Shown here: positions 9,257 to 16,014 of the stretch, piece by piece
Numbering within the stretch: position 1 is the stretch's first letter
How the letters are laid out: each line of letters starts with the position of its first letter
Assembly (NCBI GenBank): GCA_023539495.1
Contig: JAKCEV010000016.1
Location: forward strand, 1,102-25,101
Direction: 5' to 3'
Source of the DNA: Candidatus Wolframiiraptor allenii
GTDB lineage: Archaea > Thermoproteota > Nitrososphaeria_A > Caldarchaeales > Wolframiiraptoraceae
Length of the DNA stretch: 24,000 bases
Position numbers and translations under genes: made by a program
Notes under the pieces: model-generated
Database searches by the model: none
Seen by the model: only the letters and a program-made list of their open reading frames with translations
Told to the model about the DNA's origin: nothing

Positions 9257-10100
9257 GGTTGAGGATCGCGAGCGTGTATGCAACGGCCTCCTCAGTCCTG
9301 ATCGTCCTAACCCCTTGAAGGGGCATCACGTTCACGATATAATCGAAGTGGTCCTCCAGCTTGAATCCCTGCCTCTCGGCGATCTCGTACAACCCCTCCC
9401 TCGAGGCCCCGAAGGCGACGCATATCCTCCCCTTCCCCGCGCAGGTTTCCCTCAGCGCCGGCAGCATCTCCCTGATATCGGCCCCCTTCCTGGAGGTCGC
9501 TATCCTGAGATCATAGCCGCGGGCTATCTCCGGGAGCCTCTCCTCGACTATCGCCGTCCTGAATCCCGGGTAAACCTCCACATTCCTCCTAGACCTCGCG
9601 ACCACGCTAACCCTACCATCCTCCCGCGGCTCTATCCTTAGGACAACCCTAGAGCCCTGGGCAAGCCTCCGCCTCAGCCTTATCGGCTTCTCGAGCCCAG
9701 CCTCCACCATGGACCTTGACCCGGAGGATATCACGAGGCCCTCCCTATAATGCGGGTAATCAAGGCTAGCCTTTTCCGGGTGCGTCGGGATGTTTAGGGG
9801 CGGCAGGAGCCCGGCATAGCGGAGCTCGGGCCTAAGCTCATAGAGCCTCTTTCTCAGATATGGCGCCGTGTTTAGGTAATCCATCACGAGCTTTATGAGC
9901 TCCGCGTTCCTCCGATCAGGCCTCTCCGGGTCCTCATGATATATTATCAGCGCCTCGACCCTGGCCGCCGCGAGGAATCTCGCAAGCATCCCGAGCCTGA
10001 GCATCTTATCCCTCGGGCTAGATGCCTCCCTCGAGAAGGATGATGGTATGAGGATGTCGAGCCTAACCCTCCTCCTCGGCGCCGCGAAAGCCTCCATCAT
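9243..10100 (-). CDS. SPOUT-superfamily RNA methyltransferase, DUF171 / Methyltrn_RNA_3 (COG2106) type
   Basis: Family hallmarks recognised by eye: N-terminal LDILIPSS..LGMLARFLAAARVEALIIY, central YLNTAPYLRKRL...YAGLLPPLNIPTH...YREG, and the C-terminal knot region VAFGASREGL...NVMPLQGVRTIRTEEAVAYTLAILN. Confidence 0.75.
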   Translation of the reverse strand: MMEAFAAPRRRVRLDILIPSSFSREASSPRDKMLRLGMLARFLAAARVEALIIYHEDPERPDRRNAELIKLVMDYLNTAPYLRKRLYELRPELRYAGLLPPLNIPTHPEKASLDYPHYREGLVISSGSRSMVEAGLEKPIRLRRRLAQGSRVVLRIEPREDGRVSVVARSRRNVEVYPGFRTAIVEERLPEIARGYDLRIATSRKGADIREMLPALRETCAGKGRICVAFGASREGLYEIAERQGFKLEDHFDYIVNVMPLQGVRTIRTEEAVAYTLAILNLILD

Positions 10101-10107
10101 GATCTCC

Positions 10108-10539
10108 TCAGATGTCTAGGAGGACCCTGACCCTCTTAACCGGAGACTCGGCATCCACCATCATCATGTGATACGTGACGCCCTTGACATGTGTCCCCTG
10201 CGGATGCCTCCCCGGATCATATCTCTCGCCCCTGAGAACAGCCCTAAGCCTCCACAAGCCACCCTCCCTCCAGACCCTCTCCACAGAGACCTCATGCGCT
10301 AGAAAACCCTCGGAGTCGAAGAGTATGATGAGCCTCTCGATCCAGTCGTAGAGCAGCTCCTCGAGATCCATCCCAGAGGCCTCGACAACCCTCTCCTCGG
10401 AGCCGAGAACCCTCCTAGGATCCGTGAGCGTCTCATAGAATGCTAGGGCGGCCTGCCTATAAGCCTCCTCAAGCGTCGGCCCCCAAGCCTCCAGAAAGAC
10501 ATCACTCATATGCTCGAGAAACCTATGCCCTCCAGGCAT
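10108..10539 (-). CDS. Archease (activator/chaperone of the RtcB tRNA ligase and of tRNA m5C methyltransferase)
   Basis: 143 aa. The N-terminal FLEHMSDVFLEAWGPTLEEAYRQAALAF matches the archease signature (F..LeHtAD......G.tleE.f..aa.a). The C-terminal HVKGVTYHMMMV is typical. Its stop lies 7 nt upstream of the SPOUT gene start. Confidence 0.8.
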   Translation of the reverse strand: MPGGHRFLEHMSDVFLEAWGPTLEEAYRQAALAFYETLTDPRRVLGSEERVVEASGMDLEELLYDWIERLIILFDSEGFLAHEVSVERVWREGGLWRLRAVLRGERYDPGRHPQGTHVKGVTYHMMMVDAESPVKRVRVLLDI

Positions 10540-10575
10540 TCCAAGATATAGAGGTCGGGGAGACGACTTAAACTC

Positions 10576-11037
10576 TCAACCACTGGCTGGTTTTCCCTCC
10601 CCGCCGGCTTGCTGCGCCTCTGAGAGCCTCCTGTATAATGCCTCGACAAGCCTTCTAAGCTCATCAGCCCTCTGAGCATAGCTGGCGAGCGCCTCCTCCC
10701 TAGTCCTGAGAGCCGAGTTCAGGTTCTCCATCCTCCGCCTCATAAGATCAATCGCCTCGTCTACTGGCCGCCTCACAACGACGCCCGCGCCCAGGCTCAC
10801 ATAAACCTCCTCAACGCTCTTAACCTCCACCTGTATCATGTTCCCGCCACCTATCGGGACTAGTATGATCGAGGGGGAGCCTTGGGCCTTAAGCTCCTCC
10901 AATAGCTCCAGTGCCCTCTCATGCTCGCTCAAGGCAGCTCTCAGGGCCGCGATAGACCCCTGAAGCTCCTCCAAAGCCCTCTCGAGGACCTGTAGCTCCG
11001 AGACAGCCCTCGCCAACTGCTGCTCGAGGCTCGACAT
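10576..11037 (-). CDS. pfdA: Prefoldin alpha subunit
   Basis: 153 aa from ATG 11037 (MSSLEQQLARAVSELQVLERALEELQ...). Architecture is coiled coil, then a beta-hairpin core (ILVPIGGGNMIQVEVKSVEEVYVSLGAGVVVRR), then coiled coil. The longer track ORF (to 11235) adds an implausible N-terminus that runs through the divergent promoter. Confidence 0.8.
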   Translation of the reverse strand: MSSLEQQLARAVSELQVLERALEELQGSIAALRAALSEHERALELLEELKAQGSPSIILVPIGGGNMIQVEVKSVEEVYVSLGAGVVVRRPVDEAIDLMRRRMENLNSALRTREEALASYAQRADELRRLVEALYRRLSEAQQAGGEGKPASG

Positions 11038-11075
11038 GCCCGGAAAACCTCGACGAGCAGACTCCAGCAAGGTGA

Positions 11076-11084
11076 CTATATATG
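11076..11084. promoter_or_regulatory. Shared, near-palindromic TATA element (CTATATATG) between divergent pfdA and the MazG-like gene
   Basis: It lies about 27-35 nt from ATG 11111 (+) and about 40 nt from ATG 11037 (-). It is the only A/T-rich element in the 73-nt divergent spacer. Confidence 0.45.
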
Positions 11085-11110
11085 TTTGCTCCACGCCAGC
11101 CACCACCGGA

Positions 11111-11458
11111 ATGAGGATCTCGGATGCCCAGAGGAGGATGCTCGAGTTCGAGAGGGCCCGAGGCTGGGACAGGTTCAAGGAATCCCAGATCTTCACCCAC
11201 CTAGTCGAGGAGATCTCCGAGATCGGCAGGCACATCCTCGTGAGGGAGGGCTACAAGGTCAGGGGGCTGGGCCACGAGGTCCCCGAGGACGACGTGGCCA
11301 GGGAATTCGGCCAAGCATTCTCCCTATTCCTCCAGCTGGCAAACAGGCTCGGAGTAGACTTGGAAAAGGCGTTCACCGAGGAGATCGAGAGGATGGAAAG
11401 GAGATTTGACCCTGAGAAGTGGAGGAGCTACCTAGAGAAGGGTCAGGGCCGCGGCTAA
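11111..11458 (+). CDS. MazG-like nucleotide pyrophosphohydrolase family protein (all-alpha NTP-PPase fold)
   Basis: 115 aa from ATG 11111 (MRISDAQRRMLEFERARGWDRF...). It has an EExxE-type motif (LVEEISEIGRHI) and a second helix pair (REFGQAFSLFLQLANRLGVDLEKAF..EIERMERRF). The second acidic motif looks partly degenerate (EFGQ instead of E..D). Confidence 0.6.
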   Translation: MRISDAQRRMLEFERARGWDRFKESQIFTHLVEEISEIGRHILVREGYKVRGLGHEVPEDDVAREFGQAFSLFLQLANRLGVDLEKAFTEEIERMERRFDPEKWRSYLEKGQGRG

Positions 11459-12046
11459 AGCACCCCTCCTAGCCTCAGCAAGGGAATCCCCGCCGGATAT
11501 CAGGATGACATCACCATCCACGGGCCTGAGCTCCTCGATTAGGCGTGAAGCAAACTCGGGCCTCTCCGCTGAGAGGTCGGAGACCCCCGGCATCATGAGC
11601 CTCCCACCCTGATATGCTAGGACCATGAGCGCCTTCGCGCCCGCCCTAACCGCCTCATCCCTCTGCTCAAGCCCCCTAGAAACCCTGCCAACAGCATCAT
11701 GAACTATCAGGACATAGTTCGCGGGATGGCTCCATGGAAGCTCGAGCCTCACTGGGCCGACATCCCTCATCCTACTCTCGAGCTCCCGGAGGAGCTCCTC
11801 GCCCCTCTCGCTGAGAGCGCAGCCGCCCCTGCCCAAGACGCTCACGATAGAATGGTCCTTAAGCCTCTGGATGAGAGTTCTCACAGCGCCCTCACCCAAC
11901 CCCAGGATCTCGGCCAGCCTCTTCCTCCCAATCGGAGCCTCCCTCCCGATCACGAGTATCGTCTCGAGGACATGGAAGCTCTGGAAGCTCGGCCTCGGCC
12001 CGGGGGGCGTGGAGGCGATAGAGCTTAGAAAGCGCCTTAACTCCAT
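11432..12046 (-). CDS. Winged-HTH transcriptional regulator with an uncharacterised C-terminal domain (DUF4443-like)
   Basis: N-terminal wHTH (IGRKRLAEILGLGEGAVRTLIQRLKDHSIVSV) followed by an alpha/beta domain of about 120 aa. TATA-like TTAAAAT (12071-12077) lies 25 nt upstream of the start. The 3' end overlaps the MazG-like gene by 27 nt (convergent). Confidence 0.5.
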   Translation of the reverse strand: MELRRFLSSIASTPPGPRPSFQSFHVLETILVIGREAPIGRKRLAEILGLGEGAVRTLIQRLKDHSIVSVLGRGGCALSERGEELLRELESRMRDVGPVRLELPWSHPANYVLIVHDAVGRVSRGLEQRDEAVRAGAKALMVLAYQGGRLMMPGVSDLSAERPEFASRLIEELRPVDGDVILISGGDSLAEARRGALAAALTLL

Positions 12047-12152
12047 CCCCTGGATAGGGTGGACGCGGGGTTAAAATCCCTTGCTCAGCGCCGTAGGTAG
12101 CGGTTCCAAAATAAATAAGTTTGAATAGCGCTCAATTGTCTTAATTCGTTTG

Positions 12153-12347
12153 ATGGAAGAAGGTTACGAAGAACTGCTGAGGCCAAAGGAAGTGGCCAAG
12201 ATCTTCAACATTTCGGTGAAGACGCTCTGGGAGTGGCAGAAGAAAGGGCTCATCAAGGCCGTCAGGCTACCGACCGGCAAGCTTAGGTATCCCAAAGGCG
12301 AGGTCGAGAGGATATGGAAGTCGTTAAAAGCTACAGAATCCCAGTAG
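12153..12347 (+). CDS. Stand-alone MerR/excisionase-type helix-turn-helix protein (resembles the N-terminal DNA-binding domain of IS607 TnpA serine recombinase, with the catalytic domain absent)
   Basis: 64 aa. LLRPKEVAKIFNISVKTLWEWQKKGLIKAVRLPTGKLRYPKGEVERI matches the excisionase/MerR HTH pattern. The ORF terminates right after the HTH and overlaps the tnpB start. Confidence 0.65.
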   Translation: MEEGYEELLRPKEVAKIFNISVKTLWEWQKKGLIKAVRLPTGKLRYPKGEVERIWKSLKATESQ

Positions 12348-13462
12348 AGTCTCCGAAAGACCTAGTAGAAGAGTACTTCAAGATCAAGCAAAGAGCTTTG
12401 GAATATGTCCTGTCAAAGGTTAGGTTCTCCCGTAAAGCCCATCTGAGCTTCAGTAAAAAGGAGAGGAGAGAGCTCAGAGACTCCCTGCTAAGGGGATGGA
12501 GGTTTTCCAAGCATTATGTCGATTCGGCGATGGCTTCCGTGATCGGATTGGTCAAGGGGTGGATCATGCTGTACAACAGGGGGAGGGCCAAGGAGCCCCC
12601 TAAAGTAACCAAGAAGACCGTCTACATTAAGAATACCCTCTTCAGCTTTAGGGACGGGGTTTTGAAGATAAGCATCGAGCCGAAGAAGAGGTACCTCGAA
12701 GTCGATTTAACCAAATACCACTGGCTTCCCAAAGATTTCGACCGCCTTGGAGGACTGATTCTAACAGAGAAGGAAGTGATAATTACGGTGAAGAAGATGG
12801 TTGACCTTAAAGCTGATAAATGGGCCTCATTCGACGTAAACCTGACAAATGTGACGGCGCTAATTGATGGAAGGGTGGAGCGGTACGACCTGAAAAAGCT
12901 CTACCACATCCACAGAGTCTATGAGATCAAGCGACAAAAAGCGCAAAGCCTGTCAAGATTTAAGCCTAAGACCTCCGAGAGGCTATTGCAGAAGTATTCT
13001 AGGCGAGAGAAGAACAGGGCCAGGGACTTCGTGCATAAGCTCACGACCACGATAGCCAGAGAGCTAGAGAGGGCGGGGAGCGGGGCAATATTGGAGAGGC
13101 TCAAAGGCATAAAGTATAGGGTTCTGAGCGGCTCCAGAAAACAGAACAGGAAGCTCTCGAAGTGGAACGCTAGAACATTCCAGTTCATGCTCGAATACAA
13201 GCTCAAATGGCTTGGACTGCCAGTGAAATACGTGGACGCGAAGAACAGCTCTAGAACCTGCCCCCTCTGCTCAGGCCACCTAGTGGCCCATGGGGGCAGG
13301 CTAATGAAATGCGAGAAGTGCAACTTAATAGTGGATAGGGACGTCGTGGCAGTGCTAAACCTTCAGATGCGGGGAGCGGGGTTTCCCCCAAGAGCCCTCA
13401 ATGAGCTGATCGAGAGGGAAGGGCTAAGCGGAGGTAATGAAATACTACATACCTCCACTTAG
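12314..13462 (+). CDS. tnpB: TnpB (IS200/IS605/IS607 OrfB), RuvC-like RNA-guided endonuclease family, apparently catalytically intact
   Basis: 382 aa. RuvC-I is WASFDVNLTNV, RuvC-II is GAILERLKGI, RuvC-III is VDRDVVAVLNL. The zinc ribbon is CPLCSG..(14 aa)..CEKCN. The conserved NRKLSKW..F..MLEYKLKWLG..V.YVDAKNSSRTCP block is present. Confidence 0.9.
   Translation: MEVVKSYRIPVESPKDLVEEYFKIKQRALEYVLSKVRFSRKAHLSFSKKERRELRDSLLRGWRFSKHYVDSAMASVIGLVKGWIMLYNRGRAKEPPKVTKKTVYIKNTLFSFRDGVLKISIEPKKRYLEVDLTKYHWLPKDFDRLGGLILTEKEVIITVKKMVDLKADKWASFDVNLTNVTALIDGRVERYDLKKLYHIHRVYEIKRQKAQSLSRFKPKTSERLLQKYSRREKNRARDFVHKLTTTIARELERAGSGAILERLKGIKYRVLSGSRKQNRKLSKWNARTFQFMLEYKLKWLGLPVKYVDAKNSSRTCPLCSGHLVAHGGRLMKCEKCNLIVDRDVVAVLNLQMRGAGFPPRALNELIEREGLSGGNEILHTST
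13430..13456 (+). repeat. Perfect 7-bp stem hairpin (GGAGGTA-13 nt loop-TACCTCC) at the extreme 3' end of tnpB
   Basis: Read directly from the sequence. It ends 3 nt before the tnpB stop codon. The position fits a right-end subterminal hairpin or a terminal omega-RNA scaffold stem. Confidence 0.6.
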
Positions 13463-14376
13463 CCCAAAACCCCGCCGAGTATAAGCCTCTTCAGGAGATC
13501 CTTGGTGAAGGGCTCGAGGTCGTCTAGACCCTGCCCTGTCCCGACAAAGATCACGGGCTTACCCGTCACGTAGCTTATCGAGATGGCTGAGCCGCCTCTA
13601 GCATCAGCATCAAGCTTCGCGAGGATTATGTAGTCCACGCCAACATACTCGTCAAACCTCCTCGCCTGCTCCACCGCCGCGTTCCCAGCCAGCGCATCCC
13701 CAACATAGATCACGAGATCCGGGTTCACAACCCTCTTAATCTTCCTCATCTCCTCAAGCAGGTTATGATCAACCTCCGTCCTGCCGGCGGTATCTATCAG
13801 GACCACCGGTATCCTGTTAGCCCGGGCGCTCATAACAGCATCCATCGCGACAGCCGCCGGGTCAGCCCCATACCTCTGGCATACAACCCTGACGCCAGCC
13901 TCGCCAGCAAGCCTCTGAAGCTGCTCTATGGCCCCGGCCCTAAAGGTATCAGATGCGGCAATCAGGCATTTGAAGCCATGCCTCTGGAGGAGCCTCGCGA
14001 GCTTCACGACTGTCGTCGTCTTGCCCCCACCATTAGGGCCGACGAAGAGTATTACAAACGGCTCCCCCGTGGAGGCCTTCTCGCGGATCCTCCTGAGCAG
14101 GTCGTCGACGGACCCCTCCCTTATCACGGAGTCGAGCACGCCGGCCACGAGCTCCATCACCTCGCCCTCGCCATCCCCGAACCTCCTAACCCTGATTAGC
14201 CTAAGCCTCTCGGCAAGCTCCTCGCCGAGCCTCTCAGCAACCTCGACCGCGACATCATTCGATATCAGCATGAGCTTGAACTCCTCAACATGCTCCCTTA
14301 TCTCCTCCTCCGAGAGCCTCCGCGTCTTAAGCGCCTCCGCAACACCCTCGAGAGCCCTCCTAATCCCGTCCAGCAT
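13459..14376 (-). CDS. ftsY: Signal recognition particle receptor FtsY
   Basis: SRP-GTPase NG domain with G1 FVGPNGGGKTTTVVKLA, G3 DTAGR and G4 AKLD. The C-terminus is PVIFVGTGQGLDDLEPF. Confidence 0.92.
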   Translation of the reverse strand: MLDGIRRALEGVAEALKTRRLSEEEIREHVEEFKLMLISNDVAVEVAERLGEELAERLRLIRVRRFGDGEGEVMELVAGVLDSVIREGSVDDLLRRIREKASTGEPFVILFVGPNGGGKTTTVVKLARLLQRHGFKCLIAASDTFRAGAIEQLQRLAGEAGVRVVCQRYGADPAAVAMDAVMSARANRIPVVLIDTAGRTEVDHNLLEEMRKIKRVVNPDLVIYVGDALAGNAAVEQARRFDEYVGVDYIILAKLDADARGGSAISISYVTGKPVIFVGTGQGLDDLEPFTKDLLKRLILGGVLG

Positions 14377-14391
14377 GCCGCTTCACGCCCC

Positions 14392-15060
14392 TTAAACCCT
14401 CCTAGCCTCCGAGGCCATGGCGCCAACCATTATCCTCCCAGCGAGAAGCATGTCCTCGGTGGATAAGAAGTATCTCGTGGAGTAATTGAACATGAGATTC
14501 GCCCTAGGCTCCACATACTCCTCCTTCTTGCCAGCCCAGAGCTGGGTGAGGATCCTTATCCTCGGGAGGAAGTTGAAGGAGTAGCTTATCCCGCCAAGCC
14601 TCTCCCTCCTACCACCAAGCCTCCTACAAGCCATCTCATACTTCTCCGAGTCATAGCCGAAAACCCTGGCGAGAGGCCTCAACACATATCTGTCAAAATA
14701 GCTCTTATACAGCCTCCCCTTAGGGAAGTCCGTGAACTGGGTCCAATCCTCCTTCTTCCCAACACCGCCCGTGGATGAGAGATATCTGAGGATTATGTAC
14801 GCGATCTCCAGCGGGGCGGCCTTACCAGCCACCAAGTCCACAACCTCCCTAGAATCAAGCTCGACGGAGTAGGTTCGCGTGAGCAGGTTCACGATATATC
14901 TCCCATGCCTGCTGCCGGGCTTCGATGGCTCGATGAAGACGACGCCGCAGCGCCTGGCAACCTGTCCGCCCTCAAGCTTCGCAAGGTCCTGGAATATCCG
15001 CTTACACTCCTCCTCGCTCAGCTGAATTACCCTGCTCCAGGAGCTCATCCTCGCGAGCAC
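14392..15060 (-). CDS. DUF3786-like conserved protein of unknown function
   Basis: The pattern W.qF.dfP.G..Y...F.....PLa..FG ... LP....L..lWaG.eE...p.a.lmF......YL.tEDm..ag matches my recollection of DUF3786. The start is GTG 15060 or ATG 15048. The stop lies 15 nt upstream of the ftsY start on the same strand. Confidence 0.5.
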   Translation of the reverse strand: MLARMSSWSRVIQLSEEECKRIFQDLAKLEGGQVARRCGVVFIEPSKPGSRHGRYIVNLLTRTYSVELDSREVVDLVAGKAAPLEIAYIILRYLSSTGGVGKKEDWTQFTDFPKGRLYKSYFDRYVLRPLARVFGYDSEKYEMACRRLGGRRERLGGISYSFNFLPRIRILTQLWAGKKEEYVEPRANLMFNYSTRYFLSTEDMLLAGRIMVGAMASEARRV

Positions 15061-15168
15061 CAGCCCTGAGACCTAATCCCCTAGAGAGCCTTATTTTGAT
15101 TTTGCTCAAATCCAGCAACGCTAACCGTTATATTGAGCGCGTCTCCCAATACTCCGAGGAGCCTATTC

Positions 15169-16014
15169 ATGCCACGCGCATCAAGCCTCCAGACGATCTT
15201 CGAGATAATATCAGTCGGATACGAGCTTCTCGATGGACGGGTTGTGAATACGAATGCTAGCTGGCTCGCGGGCCAGATAAGCTCCCTCGGCGGCAGGGTC
15301 TCAAGGATAACCGTCGTCGGCGACGAGGTGGCCGAGATAAGCTCGGCGATAAGAGAGGCTATGAGAAGGGGCGCGGACTGGATAATAACGAGCGGCGGCC
15401 TCGGGCCCACATACGATGACGTAACCCTACAGGGAGTGGCGAGGGCAATCGGGAGAAAGCTCGTCCTAAACAGGAGGGCTCTCGAGATGATAAGGAGGCG
15501 CTATGAGGAGCTGGCGAGAGAGGGCGTCGTCGAGTCGCCGGAGCTGACGCCGCCTAGAATGAAGATGGCCATGCTCCCGCGTGGCGCAAAGCCCCTAGAG
15601 AACAACGTTGGAACAGCCCCAGGAGTCCTCCTCAGGGCTGGTGGATGCTGGATCATCTGTCTCCCAGGAGTCCCGAGCGAGCTCCAAGACATCTTCCTGA
15701 ACAGGGTCAAGCCGATACTCGAGAAGAAGATCAGGAGGATAGCGATAGCGGATAGATGGATCTATGTGAGGGGCGTCCCCGAGTCAAATCTAGCCCCGAG
15801 GCTAGATGAGCTGAGGACAATGGCCCCCGGCCTCTACATCAAGAGCCACCCGGAGAAGAGGGAGGGAACATCCTTCATACGGGTCTACATGAGGATGATC
15901 GGGAGGAAAAGAGAAGCGTGTGAAAAGGTCCTTGACAGGGTTGAAAAAGAGCTAATTAAGGCCATTGGGGAGCTTGGTGGTGAGGCATTAAAGCCAGAAG
16001 GTGGAAACAGTTGA
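15169..16014 (+). CDS. CinA-like / MoCF-biosynthesis (molybdopterin-binding) domain protein, COG1058 type
   Basis: EIISVGYELLDGRVVNTNASWLAGQISSLGG....VGDE...I..AI..A..R.ADWIITSGGLGPTYDDVT is the canonical CinA N-terminal domain signature. The start is chosen at ATG 15169, about 35 nt downstream of TTATATT (15128-15134). The track ORF starts at 15133. Confidence 0.75.
   Translation: MPRASSLQTIFEIISVGYELLDGRVVNTNASWLAGQISSLGGRVSRITVVGDEVAEISSAIREAMRRGADWIITSGGLGPTYDDVTLQGVARAIGRKLVLNRRALEMIRRRYEELAREGVVESPELTPPRMKMAMLPRGAKPLENNVGTAPGVLLRAGGCWIICLPGVPSELQDIFLNRVKPILEKKIRRIAIADRWIYVRGVPESNLAPRLDELRTMAPGLYIKSHPEKREGTSFIRVYMRMIGRKREACEKVLDRVEKELIKAIGELGGEALKPEGGNS

Larger units (their letters stand above)
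12100..13462 (+). mobile_element. IS607/IS605-family derived element lacking a transposase: orphan HTH ORF plus tnpB (boundaries approximate)
   Basis: The HTH and TnpB ORFs overlap by 34 nt. GC is lower than in flanking genes (25/60 in the sample line 12661-12720 versus 40/60 in ftsY line 14101-14160). The A/T-rich putative promoter AAAATAAATAA lies at 12108-12118. The left end is not defined. The right end is placed at the hairpin and stop codon that abut ftsY. Confidence 0.6.

Noticed and set aside
9315-9641. Other antisense ORFs within the SPOUT, regulator, PGI and THUMP genes (e.g. 9315-9641, 11699-12028, 16250-16510, 18168-18536)
   Set aside because: They are Pro/Arg/Ser-rich shadows of G/C-rich genes, and the opposite-strand genes have family signatures.
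10576-11235. Extended 219-aa version of the prefoldin ORF and the 140-aa version of the MazG-like ORF (from 11036)
   Set aside because: The extensions overlap each other and the shared TATA element, and add non-homologous N-termini. The internal ATGs at 11037 and 11111 give family-typical proteins.
13765-14395. Plus-strand ORFs of 144 and 155 aa antisense to ftsY
   Set aside because: The ftsY frame has unambiguous SRP-GTPase motifs. The antisense products are low complexity.
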